Positions 38,702 through 48,653 of a DNA stretch of 64,000 nt are shown here, piece by piece. The first letter of the stretch is position 1; each line of letters starts with the position of its first letter. A program made the translations under genes and the position numbers. This stretch comes from Minisyncoccota bacterium (GTDB lineage Bacteria > Patescibacteriota > Minisyncoccia > Phycocordibacterales > UBA9973): NCBI GenBank assembly GCA_041663005.1, contig JBAZRK010000001.1, positions 222,734-286,733 of the forward strand. Direction: 5' to 3'. The notes beneath the pieces are model-generated. The model searched no databases, was not told the origin of the DNA, and saw only the letters and a list, made by a program, of their open reading frames with translations.

Positions 38702-40111
38702 GTGACTCAAAACACCCCCAATCGTAATACTCGAAAAACAAATGTCCGCATCCCACCCCAGAGCATACCCTCAGAACAAGCGGTACTAGGTTCGCTTATG
38801 CTCCGCAAGGACGCCGTACACGAAGTCGAGGATATGATAACTCCCGATTCTTTCTATGTAGACAAGCATAAAATGATTTTCCGGGCGATGCTTGATCTTG
38901 CGGCGAAAAATGAGCCAATAGATATGCTTTCTCTTTCAACTAAACTTAGTGAACAAAAGCTTCTGAACGCTGTCGGCGGCAACAAATACCTCGCCGAAAT
39001 TGTAAACATCGTTCCTTCTTCACACAACGTCAAGCACTATGCAGACATTGTCCAAAAGAAATATGTGCTAAGAAGTTTGATTGAAGCTGCCGACTATGTT
39101 TCTGAGCTAGCGTTCGAAGAAGGCGACGATAAAATGGACGATATCCTAGACGCCGCAGAGAAAAGAATTTTCAGTGTTGTTTCATCTCCGAAAAACCAGA
39201 AATTCGTCAACTTGAAAGACGCTCTCCCTGAAGCTTACGAGCGCCTCGAAAAACTTCACGAGAACCGCGGAATGCTTCGAGGGCTTCCAACTGGATTTAA
39301 AGATTTGGATAATATGCTCTCCGGACTTCAAAATTCCGATTTGATTATTCTTGCCGCTCGTCCTTCCATGGGTAAGACTACGCTCGCCCTCGATATGGCA
39401 CGTATGTCCGGCGTACTTCATGGTAAATCCGTTTTAATTTTCTCACTCGAAATGTCCTCACAGCAACTAGTAGACCGTATGCTCTCCGCAGAATCCCGCG
39501 TGAATGCCTGGAATCTCCGTACTGGCAGACTTTCGTCGGACCGAGAATTCTCACAACTCCGCGACTCGCTCGACAAGCTCGCCAAGGCGCAAATTTTCAT
39601 AGATGACCAGCCGGGTAATTCTATCGTCAGAATGAAAGCGCTGGCTCGCCGCCTCAAAGCTGAAAAAGGTCTAGATTTAATTGTCGTCGACTACTTGCAA
39701 CTTATGACCACTTCTAAAAATTACGACTCAATGGTGAACCAGGTGACGGAAATTTCTCGTTCGCTCAAAAGCCTCGCCAAGGAACTCGACGTGCCGGTTT
39801 TGGCGCTCTCCCAGCTCTCACGTGCCGTAGAATCCCGTGGCGGTAAGCCTCGCCTCTCAGACTTGCGCGACTCCGGCTCTATCGAACAGGACGCCGATGT
39901 CGTTATGTTTATCCACCGAGAAGATAAGGGTAAGGACGAATCTGAGAAAACAAACATAGCGGAAATTCTAATTGAAAAACATCGAAATGGCCCTACTGGC
40001 AAAGTCGACCTTTACTTCGACGAGAAGACCACCACTTTCCTCAACTTGGAAAAGAGCAGCCTCTCGGACTTCGCCCCTTCGAAAATTGGCGGTGAACTGG
40101 ACGAGTTTTAA
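38702..40111 (+). CDS. dnaB: Replicative DNA helicase
   Basis: PPQS..SEQAVLG, AARPSMGKT, DYLQL, LSQLSR, DLRDSGSIEQDAD, KHRNGP. Confidence 0.98.
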   Translation: MTQNTPNRNTRKTNVRIPPQSIPSEQAVLGSLMLRKDAVHEVEDMITPDSFYVDKHKMIFRAMLDLAAKNEPIDMLSLSTKLSEQKLLNAVGGNKYLAEIVNIVPSSHNVKHYADIVQKKYVLRSLIEAADYVSELAFEEGDDKMDDILDAAEKRIFSVVSSPKNQKFVNLKDALPEAYERLEKLHENRGMLRGLPTGFKDLDNMLSGLQNSDLIILAARPSMGKTTLALDMARMSGVLHGKSVLIFSLEMSSQQLVDRMLSAESRVNAWNLRTGRLSSDREFSQLRDSLDKLAKAQIFIDDQPGNSIVRMKALARRLKAEKGLDLIVVDYLQLMTTSKNYDSMVNQVTEISRSLKSLAKELDVPVLALSQLSRAVESRGGKPRLSDLRDSGSIEQDADVVMFIHREDKGKDESEKTNIAEILIEKHRNGPTGKVDLYFDEKTTTFLNLEKSSLSDFAPSKIGGELDEF

Positions 40112-40129
40112 ATATGGTAAAATAACCGA

Positions 40130-40750
40130 ATGGATGTCATAGACAAGCTGGCTGAAGTCTTCAAAGAGTTCCCGGGCATTGGCGAGCGCCAAGCTCGTAG
40201 GTTCGTGTATTTTCTAATGTCTAGGAACGGGACCTACGCGGACAATTTATCGAAGCTTATTTTAGAAGTTAAAAAAGAAGTGGCTCAGTGCCGGGAGTGT
40301 TTCCGTTTTTTTATTAAAATAGAGCACAACTCTTCTTCTGTCTGCGACATCTGCGCAAGTTCACAAACCGACTCCTCTACCTTACTTGTTGTCGAAAAAG
40401 ATTCAGACCTCGAAAGCGTGAAAAAGAGCCGAACATACCAAGGAAAATATTTCATCCTAGGCGGACTCGTCCCCATTGTCGAGAAAACAACCAAGAGTCG
40501 GATTCGCATAGAGGAACTCAAGAAAAAAATCGAGAAAGAAAACAAGAACGGACTCAAGGAAGTCATCCTCGCTTTCTCTGTGAGCCCTCAAGGCGACCAC
40601 ACGGATACTTACGTACGCGAGGAACTAGAATCACTAGTGAAACCGCTCGCGATTAAAATTTCTTCCCTAGGCAAAGGCCTGTCCACCGGCACCGAGCTCG
40701 AATACTCCGACAACGACACACTACGTAACGCCCTGCGAAACAGACAATAA
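40130..40750 (+). CDS. recR: Recombination mediator RecR
   Basis: PGIG..QA.R, C4 zinc finger, TOPRIM, G.ELEY.D. Confidence 0.95.
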   Translation: MDVIDKLAEVFKEFPGIGERQARRFVYFLMSRNGTYADNLSKLILEVKKEVAQCRECFRFFIKIEHNSSSVCDICASSQTDSSTLLVVEKDSDLESVKKSRTYQGKYFILGGLVPIVEKTTKSRIRIEELKKKIEKENKNGLKEVILAFSVSPQGDHTDTYVREELESLVKPLAIKISSLGKGLSTGTELEYSDNDTLRNALRNRQ

Positions 40751-40753
40751 TTT

Positions 40754-41545
40754 ATGACTAAAAAAGACAAAGAAAATTTAATAAGAGCAGCACATTCAGG
40801 TGGCCGTGTCCTGCGGAAATATTTCGGCAAAACTTTGAACCCAGTAGAGAAATCCACCCTCTGGGATTTCCAAACCGAAGCCGACCTGGGCTCGGAAAAA
40901 GCCATCTTAAAAGTACTTAAAAAAGAATTTCCGAAATACAACATCCACGCCGAGGAAGAAGGCAAAACCGACAATGGGTCTGCTTACACTATCGTGGTAG
41001 ATCCACTCGACGGTACAAATAATTTTCTTCTTGGAATTCCTAATTTTTCTGTATCTATCGGATTACTTTATAAAGACACTCCAGTAGCGGGAATTATATA
41101 TCAACCTATCCTTAAACAAACCTTCTACGCAGAAAAAGGGAAAGGCGCTTGGCTTAATAATAAAAAAATCAGGGCTAGCGGCATAAGGAATAAAAATAAA
41201 ATTACAATAGCCTACTCTTGTGGGTACAAAACTTCTCGTTCCTATCTTGCAAAAATTCTTACCGCTTTTATTAATCACCCCCACAAACGATTAGCACTGA
41301 ATTGGTCGATGGCCAATGACTATTGCTTGTTAGCTTCTGGAAAAATTGAGTCTATGATTACCGACCCTGGTTGCCCCATCTACGATTACGCTGCAGGTAA
41401 ACTTATCGCACTTGAAGCTGGCGCAGTACTTACAGATTTAAATGGTAAAAAAGAAATAGGCTATTTAAACGATAATTTTCTCTTAAGTAATAACAAAGTC
41501 ATACACAACTACGTTCTTAAAATCTATAAGTCCGTGAACAAGTAA
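40754..41545 (+). CDS. Inositol monophosphatase family protein (SuhB-like)
   Basis: TEAD, EE, DPLDGTNNF, YD.AAG..I..EAG. Confidence 0.92.
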   Translation: MTKKDKENLIRAAHSGGRVLRKYFGKTLNPVEKSTLWDFQTEADLGSEKAILKVLKKEFPKYNIHAEEEGKTDNGSAYTIVVDPLDGTNNFLLGIPNFSVSIGLLYKDTPVAGIIYQPILKQTFYAEKGKGAWLNNKKIRASGIRNKNKITIAYSCGYKTSRSYLAKILTAFINHPHKRLALNWSMANDYCLLASGKIESMITDPGCPIYDYAAGKLIALEAGAVLTDLNGKKEIGYLNDNFLLSNNKVIHNYVLKIYKSVNK

Positions 41546-41570
41546 AAAATCCGCATTATGCGGATTTTTT
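41544..41570. terminator. Bidirectional intrinsic terminator
   Basis: AAAAAATCCGCAT-T-ATGCGGATTTTTT between convergent genes. Confidence 0.88.
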
Positions 41571-41577
41571 AGTGTGT

Positions 41578-41913
41578 TTATTTTATCGAAGTAATCTTCA
41601 CTTTGAAGAATGGCTGGCGGTGGCCGTTGCGGCGTAGATAGCGGGACTTTTGCTTATATTTAACAACCAAGATTTTTCGAGCTCGGCCAATTTCAACGAT
41701 TTCTGCATCTACCTTGGCACCTGTAATATAAGGCGTACCTATGGTGGTGTCCTTGCCGTCATCTACGAGGAGCACCTTGTCGAAGGAGACTTTATCCCCT
41801 TTTTTGTACTCAGTTCCTTTTGTTTTGATTTTTTCAATCGAAAGGACGCCTCCAGTTGAGACCTTGTATTGTTTGCCCCCTGTTTGGATTACTGCAAATT
41901 CGTCTTTAGTCAT
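41578..41913 (-). CDS. rplU: 50S ribosomal protein L21
   Basis: AVIQTGGKQYKV, IGTPY, GHRQ. Confidence 0.98.
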   Translation of the reverse strand: MTKDEFAVIQTGGKQYKVSTGGVLSIEKIKTKGTEYKKGDKVSFDKVLLVDDGKDTTIGTPYITGAKVDAEIVEIGRARKILVVKYKQKSRYLRRNGHRQPFFKVKITSIK

Positions 41914-41970
41914 ACCGGCTTATATTACAAAAAATTGCTTAAAAAGGCAAGGGTTTGCTACAATATACCT

Positions 41971-42993
41971 ATGCAACCCAAAACCATAGAGAAATACTTT
42001 TTCTTCGGGCTCCTTTTAGCAACGCTTGTTTTCACCTTCTTTATCTTCCGGCCTTTCTGGATAACCATCATTTTAGGTATATCTTTTTCAATTGTCCTTC
42101 ATCCTATTTATGAATGGTTTGAGAGAAGGAAGTTGCCGAGCTGGTTTTCCTCCCTCGCGACCGTGCTTATCTTTGTAGTAATCCTCTGTGGCCCGCTTTT
42201 AGGTATCGGCGTCCTGGTATTAAACCAGAGCCAAGACGTATACCACGTCGTAGTGGAAAACGAAGGCTTGAAACCCTTTATGGCTTCAGTAGACAATACT
42301 GTAAATAAAATTCTTCCCCCGGGCGTAAACTTCGACATTAACGAAAAGGCAACAAGCTTCGTGTCCTATCTCGCAAGTAACATTACGAAAATTTTCAGTG
42401 CCACAGTTTCTGCTTTCTTCTCCTTTATCCTGATGCTCTTGATAATATTCTACTTCTTGAAGGACGGAGCTCGCTGGCGAAGGGCCGCAGTTATCCTCTC
42501 CCCGCTCGCCGACAAGGATGATGAGAAGATAATGCGCCGACTTGCTCGCGCCGTAAACGGCGTCATTAAAGGCTCACTTTTTATAGCTTTAATTCAGGGA
42601 ACAATGATGGGTATCGGTCTCTGGATTTTCGGAATTCCTAATCCGGCGCTCTGGGGCGTCGTGGCAGCAGTTTGCGCAATGATTCCCTCCATCGGGACCG
42701 CGCTCGTCTCTGTGCCAGCTATAATTTACCTTTTTAACTCTGGCGACAGTGTTTCTGCTGTTGGACTCTTGGCTTGGGCTACGGTAGCCGTGGGGTTAAT
42801 AGACAACTTCTTGTCACCTTACATTGTAGGTACGAAGATAAACATTCCTCCGCTCTTAATTTTGTTTTCGGTTCTCGGGGGCATTGCCTTCTTGGGTCCG
42901 GTAGGAATTCTCATAGGACCCCTGTCGGTCAGCTTGCTATATACACTCATTTCGATATACCGCAATGAATTTAAGGACAATGCAATTCTATAA
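41971..42993 (+). CDS. AI-2E family transporter
   Basis: FYFLKDG, IP.IGT, DNFL.P, GG...G..G...GP; start moved to ATG 41971. Confidence 0.92.
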   Translation: MQPKTIEKYFFFGLLLATLVFTFFIFRPFWITIILGISFSIVLHPIYEWFERRKLPSWFSSLATVLIFVVILCGPLLGIGVLVLNQSQDVYHVVVENEGLKPFMASVDNTVNKILPPGVNFDINEKATSFVSYLASNITKIFSATVSAFFSFILMLLIIFYFLKDGARWRRAAVILSPLADKDDEKIMRRLARAVNGVIKGSLFIALIQGTMMGIGLWIFGIPNPALWGVVAAVCAMIPSIGTALVSVPAIIYLFNSGDSVSAVGLLAWATVAVGLIDNFLSPYIVGTKINIPPLLILFSVLGGIAFLGPVGILIGPLSVSLLYTLISIYRNEFKDNAIL

Positions 42994-44329
42994 CACCCTC
43001 ACGCGCACAAAGGAAGAATTCACACCAATAGACGAAAAGGAGGTCCGGGTATATTCCTGTGGGCCTACGGTCTACAACTTCCCTCACATCGGCAACTATC
43101 GCGCCTATATATTCGCGGATACTTTAAAGCGAGCTCTGCTTTATGCTGGATATAATGTTAAGCATATAATGAATTTGACCGACGTAGATGACAAGACGAT
43201 TCGCGACTCACAGAAAGAAGGTAAAACTTTGAAGGAATTTACGGAATTCTACACTGAGGAATTTTACAAAGATAGCAAAACCTTAAACATTTTGCCACCA
43301 GTAAAATTTACCAAGGCCACTGACTACATCGACGAAATGGTAAAAATTACGGAGAAATTATTAAACAAGGGTCTCGCCTATAAAAGCGATGACGGCTCTG
43401 TTTATTTCGATATCAAAAAATTTAAAAATTACGGAAAACTTTCCCATTTAGTTGTGGGCAAACAAAAAGATAACGCCTCCGGTAGAATAAAAACCGACGA
43501 GTATGACAAAGAAAACGCGCAGGACTTCGCCCTCTGGAAATCCTGGGACGAAAAAGATGGGGATGTGTTTTGGGAGACCTCATTAGGTAAAGGCCGCCCC
43601 GGTTGGCACATAGAGTGCTCGGCTATGTCTATGTCGAATCTCGGTGAAGAAATAGACTTGCACACCGGTGGCGTCGACAACATCTTCCCCCACCATGAAA
43701 ATGAGATTGCGCAGTCGGAAGGCGCAACCGGGAAGGACTTCGTCAAATACTGGATGCACAACGAATGGGTTCTGGTAGATCAGAAAAAAATGGCGAAAAG
43801 TTTTAAAAATTTCTACACCTTGCGAGACATTACTGAAAAAGGGATTAACCCGCTCGCTTACAGGTTCTGGCTTCTGATGGCAAACTACCGCACCAGAGTA
43901 AACTTCGTTTGGGAAGCCTTGGAAGGCGCGGAAACAGCCCTAAAACGCCTCTACGGGCTCTATTTAGGCCTAGGGAACGAGATTGGTGTCGTAAGCAATA
44001 AATACCGAGACGGGTTCAAAAAGTTCATAGGCGACGATCTGGACACACCGCGGGCCCTGACGCTCCTTTGGGACGTTTTCAAGGACGCAAACTTGTCCGA
44101 CGCCGACAAGAAAGCCACTGTACTAGATTTCGATAAAGTGCTGGGCCTCGGTTTCGAAAATCTGAAAGAAGAAATTATTCCTGAGAACGTGCAAGCACTA
44201 GCGCGAGAACGTGAACAATCGCGCAAAGATAAAGATTTCAAAAAATCCGACGAATTAAGAAAAGAAATAAATACCCTTGGGTACGAAGTGAAAGATACCA
44301 ACGACGGGCAGAAAATTTCTAAAATATAA
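42980..44329 (+). CDS. cysS: Cysteine--tRNA ligase
   Basis: YNTLTR, CGPTVY, HIGN, GRPGWHIECS, FPHHENE, KMAKS. Confidence 0.98.
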   Translation: MQFYNTLTRTKEEFTPIDEKEVRVYSCGPTVYNFPHIGNYRAYIFADTLKRALLYAGYNVKHIMNLTDVDDKTIRDSQKEGKTLKEFTEFYTEEFYKDSKTLNILPPVKFTKATDYIDEMVKITEKLLNKGLAYKSDDGSVYFDIKKFKNYGKLSHLVVGKQKDNASGRIKTDEYDKENAQDFALWKSWDEKDGDVFWETSLGKGRPGWHIECSAMSMSNLGEEIDLHTGGVDNIFPHHENEIAQSEGATGKDFVKYWMHNEWVLVDQKKMAKSFKNFYTLRDITEKGINPLAYRFWLLMANYRTRVNFVWEALEGAETALKRLYGLYLGLGNEIGVVSNKYRDGFKKFIGDDLDTPRALTLLWDVFKDANLSDADKKATVLDFDKVLGLGFENLKEEIIPENVQALAREREQSRKDKDFKKSDELRKEINTLGYEVKDTNDGQKISKI

Positions 44330-44384
44330 TCTCAATCACGGCTGAGATGCTTAGTATACAATATATAATAGATTAAGGATTTTG

Positions 44385-44422
44385 AATCCCTAAGGACTTC
44401 CCTAGTGTAGTCCCTGGGGATT
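44385..44422. terminator. Hairpin between convergent cysS and speB
   Basis: AATCCCTAAGGACT...AGTCCCTGGGGATT imperfect stem. Confidence 0.45.
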
Positions 44423-45272
44423 ACTTTCGGAATTTATAACCGATTAGTTTGAAGGCGAGCTTGGCTACGAGGAAATCATATGCGTGAAAACGTGGGATAG
44501 GGGCACATTCGGCAAAGTCGGCGCCAACTACATTTTTCTCGCGAGCTACCGCTTCGAAAATTTCCATCACCTGGTACCAAGTAAGCCCTCCGGGTTCTGG
44601 TGTACCTGTAGCGGGCATCACTGAAGAATCGAGCACATCCACATCAAAGGACAAATAAACATTTTTACCAAGCTGGCTTAAAATTTTCGGCAAGTCATAT
44701 TTATTTCCATAATTTACTTGTTCGTGATTTATATATTGCTGTTCCGAGAGAGCTGTGTTCCGAGTCCCAACCCATACAATATTCTTAATCCCCTGTTCCT
44801 GACATCGTCGCGCCGCGCAAGCATGAGACCATTTAGTGCCTCCCCATTCTTCGCGCATATCTGTGTGCGCATCAAAATACAAAATCGAAAGATCAGGGTA
44901 CTTTTCTTGATAAGCCTTCACAATTCCAGGAGTAAGAGAATGTTCGCCTCCTATACTTACGAGGAATTTATCGGTCCAGGGCTTTGCCGACGCATTTATC
45001 ATTTCTTGAATTTTTTCCAAATCTTCTTCGGGCTCCACGGGCACATATGGTAAGGTTGCTATTTTTACTTTTTCTATAAGCTCGTAGCCAAGCTCGTGGT
45101 CATAAATTTCCACTTGCTGAGAAGCTGTGATGATGCCCTTTGGACCGTTGCCAGTCCCCTTTCCGTAGCTCACGGTTTTCTCAAGTGGAATAGGCAAGAT
45201 TAAAGCATCCGCATCTTTGGGTAGTATTTCCGGTATTCCTAAAAAATTATCGGGTATATTTTCTTCGTTCAT
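44421..45272 (-). CDS. speB: Agmatinase
   Basis: GGEHS, DAHTD, SHA, SFDVD, TGTPEPGG. Confidence 0.93.
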   Translation of the reverse strand: MNEENIPDNFLGIPEILPKDADALILPIPLEKTVSYGKGTGNGPKGIITASQQVEIYDHELGYELIEKVKIATLPYVPVEPEEDLEKIQEMINASAKPWTDKFLVSIGGEHSLTPGIVKAYQEKYPDLSILYFDAHTDMREEWGGTKWSHACAARRCQEQGIKNIVWVGTRNTALSEQQYINHEQVNYGNKYDLPKILSQLGKNVYLSFDVDVLDSSVMPATGTPEPGGLTWYQVMEIFEAVAREKNVVGADFAECAPIPRFHAYDFLVAKLAFKLIGYKFRK

Positions 45273-45280
45273 AATTGTGA

Positions 45281-45862
45281 TTATACCAGATTAAAAATCC
45301 TTTTGCGATATATGCAATAAATTATTATCAGGTTAACTAAAATTAAATAGGCACTGAAAGAATATATAGTAAAAATCCAATATCTAATAACTAATAAACC
45401 TAAAATGTTGCTGGCAATACCTGCCACATAAGGACCGATAGATTCAGTTTCGGGAAACTTCCACGTCTTAAGAATTGTCGGAATAGCTGCCAAACCATCA
45501 CTTAGTATTGCAAACACAATAGCTATTGAAAGGTTATGGGTGAAGATATATAAAAGCAAAGCAAAGAGAGAAAGTAAGCCACAATATATATCAAAAATTC
45601 TTATCTCCCAATACTTATTCTTTCGAAATAATGAGAACACAACTACCAAAAAAGGCCCGAAACCCGCGAGAAAAATAGGTATAATAGAAAGCCCCGCACC
45701 TGCTTTCAGCTGGAAAAATACACCTATAAAAGGAGGGAGCATCCATAGCACCCAAGAAACTAGATTAGGTCTTGTTGTCCCAAGCAAAACTTCCTTAAGG
45801 TAGAAAAAATACCCCACAAGAGTAATTGCAATCGATATATAAGCAAATTGTTCGGCTATCAT
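45281..45862 (-). CDS. Multi-pass membrane protein (PQ-loop-like repeats)
   Basis: TRPN..SW..W and IPT..K.W..PE.E repeats; AT-rich. Confidence 0.75.
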   Translation of the reverse strand: MIAEQFAYISIAITLVGYFFYLKEVLLGTTRPNLVSWVLWMLPPFIGVFFQLKAGAGLSIIPIFLAGFGPFLVVVFSLFRKNKYWEIRIFDIYCGLLSLFALLLYIFTHNLSIAIVFAILSDGLAAIPTILKTWKFPETESIGPYVAGIASNILGLLVIRYWIFTIYSFSAYLILVNLIIIYCIYRKRIFNLV

Positions 45863-45863
45863 T

Positions 45864-46937
45864 TTATATCCCCTCTTTTTTGAGCTCTTCTACTGTTTCG
45901 CGAGCTTTGCGAGAGAGCTTGGAAGGGAGTTTGATGTTTAGTTTGATTAGGAGGTCACCGCGTCTGGTCTTGCCTACAGGCACACCCTTGCCTCGAACTC
46001 GGAGAATTTCATTGATACTTACACCTTCGGGAATAGTGACTTCAATTTCGCCGTCTAAAGTTTTAATAGGGTATTTTGTACCGAGGAGCGCGTCGCTTAA
46101 TTTCAAATCTAGGTCCATCACTAAATCGTTGCCTTCCCTTTTGAAAACCGGGTGCGGAGCAACATTTATCTTAATGTATAAATCTCCTGCCGTACCGCGC
46201 GAAATAGCTTCCCCCATACCGGTCATTCGAATCATTTCTCCATCGCGGATGCCGGATGGAATAACGATTGAAACTTCCTCCTCTCGGCGCAAGACACCTT
46301 TGCCCTTGCACTGTTCGCAGACCTCTTTCGGAACCTCACCCGAGCCATAGCAAGCCTCGCAGATTTTAGTATTGGCGATAGTTCCAAAAATTGTTTTCTT
46401 GGCTTCACGGATATGCCCCTGTCCATTGCACTGTTTGCAGGTTTCCATTTTGGACCCTACCTTCGCGCCTGTCCCCTTGCAGACTAAGCAATTGGAAGTT
46501 TTGGTGATTAAAATTTTTCGATTGGTTCCGAAAACTGCATCCGAAAAAGAAATTTGAATTTCGGTTGAAATATCGCGTCCTCGGCGAGCAGCGTTTCGAT
46601 TCATTCCCCCAGAGAAGAAATCGCTGAAAATGTCGTTGAGGTCGAAGTCCATTCCGCCGTTCTGGAAACCACTGAAGTCGAACCCTCCGAAGCCTTGCGC
46701 CCCGCCGTAACCACCACCCCCCATATTTTCGTACCCGGAGCCAAATTGATCATACTTCGAACGCTTCTCTTCGTCAGAGAGAACCTGGTAGGCTTCATTC
46801 ACTTCTTTGAACTTCTGCTCGTTACCGCCCTTTTTATCAGGGTGATATTTGTGCGCCATTTTATAGAAGGCTTTTTTAACCTCTTCCTTGGTAGCGCCCT
46901 TATTTATACCTAAAATTTCATAGTAATCTTTTGCCAT
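45864..46937 (-). CDS. dnaJ: Chaperone DnaJ
   Basis: J domain HPD, G/F region, four CxxCxGxG. Confidence 0.98.
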   Translation of the reverse strand: MAKDYYEILGINKGATKEEVKKAFYKMAHKYHPDKKGGNEQKFKEVNEAYQVLSDEEKRSKYDQFGSGYENMGGGGYGGAQGFGGFDFSGFQNGGMDFDLNDIFSDFFSGGMNRNAARRGRDISTEIQISFSDAVFGTNRKILITKTSNCLVCKGTGAKVGSKMETCKQCNGQGHIREAKKTIFGTIANTKICEACYGSGEVPKEVCEQCKGKGVLRREEEVSIVIPSGIRDGEMIRMTGMGEAISRGTAGDLYIKINVAPHPVFKREGNDLVMDLDLKLSDALLGTKYPIKTLDGEIEVTIPEGVSINEILRVRGKGVPVGKTRRGDLLIKLNIKLPSKLSRKARETVEELKKEGI

Positions 46938-46977
46938 AGTTTGTGTATTATACCCGCAGGTGAACTGGGGTCAAGTC

Positions 46978-48492
46978 CTATATCATCGGCTCGGCTTCGT
47001 GCGAGTTCTTGGCTTGGTGATCCGACTCTACCTGGTCGTAGGCTTCGTCTTCGGCCGTGGCATTTTCCGTGCCGTGAGTGTGACTTTTTGCTTTTCTTTC
47101 AATAATTGCCTTCTCCTCGGCGCTACGGATTATAGTTGCTTCTTCTTGGGCTATGAGTCGCGCAGCGGCGTCCTTAGGAATTGAATACTTGCGACGTGAA
47201 GCGGCAATTATCTCTTCTTGATACGACGGATGCGTCGGTGGCAATACACGCAAGGTCTCCGCCGAGAATGGATCGTAGGACTCTCCGTCGATTGTCATTT
47301 TGATATAAAATTCGGTCACCGCCAAGTTAATCATATCTTTAACATCGAAAAGGGGCGCGAACTCCGGCTTCATTTTGACTGCGTCTTCACCACCGATACG
47401 GAAAGTAATGATGCTTCCGCAATTTCCGAGCACCGCTTGGTGCACGCGAGTAATAATTTGACCGACGTACTGGTGCGCTACGGTAAGATTTAATCCATAT
47501 TTGCGAGCCTCAGAGAGAATGTTCTCGAAGGTTTGAGTCACAACGTTCTGGAACTCGTCCACGTATAGGTAAAAGTCTGTGCGGGCGGATTCATCCATCG
47601 AAGCGCGCTCCATCCCCGCTTGTTTAATCTTTGTCAGGAAAATAGAACCCAAGAATGAAGAATTTTCTTCACCTAGGCGCCCCTTCGAAATGTTAATGAG
47701 AACAATTTTTTTCTCATTCATCAACTTCGAAATATCAATCTTATTTTCCTTTTGTCCGAAAATATTGCGGAGCAACGGGTCTGACAGGAATTGCCCCAGC
47801 TTGTTGACCAGAGGAATGATGGCGTCCGTATCGAACTTCTCAGACCAGTCGGCGAATTCAATAGCGAAGAATCTCTTCACCATATCATCCGTAATGTATT
47901 CCACGACTTTCTGCCGGTAATTCCTGTCTGTCAGCATCGAAATCATCCCGCGCATCGTGGCGTGCGGGTAGTCGAGCAAGGCAAGACAGGTAAAGCGGAA
48001 CACGTGCTCGAGCCTAGGCGTCCAGTTGGCGCCGAATTGTTTCTGGAACACCTCGATCAATCCTTGGGTTAAAATAAATTTGAAAGCGGGATCAACGTTC
48101 GCCAGAGGGTTGAAGGATGCCGGATAATCCTTGTCAGTCGGGTCTATGATGCAGACATCGTCGATGCGATTTTTCGGCACGAAGTCAAGAATATTTTTAA
48201 ATTCGTCGCCGTGCGGGTCGATGAAGCATAGCCCGTGTCCATAATTTATATCCTGTCGAACTAGAAGCTCCAAGAGCTTCGACTTCCCCACCCCGGATTT
48301 TCCAATGATGTAGAGGTGTCTGCGGCGGTCGACGCGCTTGATACCGAAAATAAACTTTTTCTCTTCGAGTGAAGCGACATAGTTCGTACGACCGATGAAA
48401 GAAACTTCCGAAGGGTCAACTTTGCCGAAAACAGGCAGCTCCGGAGGCGGAGGTCCGTATTTTATTATTTGAACTCGATTTGGCTTAGGCAT
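46978..48492 (-). CDS. VirD4/TraD(TrwB)-HerA-like P-loop ATPase, no TM anchor
   Basis: RRRHLYIIGKSGVGKS, DPHG, LYVDEFQN, SEARKY, HQY. Confidence 0.9.
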   Translation of the reverse strand: MPKPNRVQIIKYGPPPPELPVFGKVDPSEVSFIGRTNYVASLEEKKFIFGIKRVDRRRHLYIIGKSGVGKSKLLELLVRQDINYGHGLCFIDPHGDEFKNILDFVPKNRIDDVCIIDPTDKDYPASFNPLANVDPAFKFILTQGLIEVFQKQFGANWTPRLEHVFRFTCLALLDYPHATMRGMISMLTDRNYRQKVVEYITDDMVKRFFAIEFADWSEKFDTDAIIPLVNKLGQFLSDPLLRNIFGQKENKIDISKLMNEKKIVLINISKGRLGEENSSFLGSIFLTKIKQAGMERASMDESARTDFYLYVDEFQNVVTQTFENILSEARKYGLNLTVAHQYVGQIITRVHQAVLGNCGSIITFRIGGEDAVKMKPEFAPLFDVKDMINLAVTEFYIKMTIDGESYDPFSAETLRVLPPTHPSYQEEIIAASRRKYSIPKDAAARLIAQEEATIIRSAEEKAIIERKAKSHTHGTENATAEDEAYDQVESDHQAKNSHEAEPMI

Positions 48493-48606
48493 TGATAGGT
48501 TATTTTATGGCGTAGTGAATTTTGGCGATGTTTATTAAAACGCGCCTGTCGCTTCGCCAAAATCTACTACCCCATTTTACCACAAATCCTAATAAACTTC
48601 CGCCTG

Positions 48607-48647
48607 ACCCGCCTCGACTCGCGTTGCTTCGTCGACGCGAGGCGGGT
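48607..48647. repeat. GC-rich REP-like hairpin
   Basis: ACCCGCCTCG...CGAGGCGGGT 10-bp stem, no U tract, 6 bp after a stop codon. Confidence 0.65.
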
Positions 48648-48653
48648 AACATT

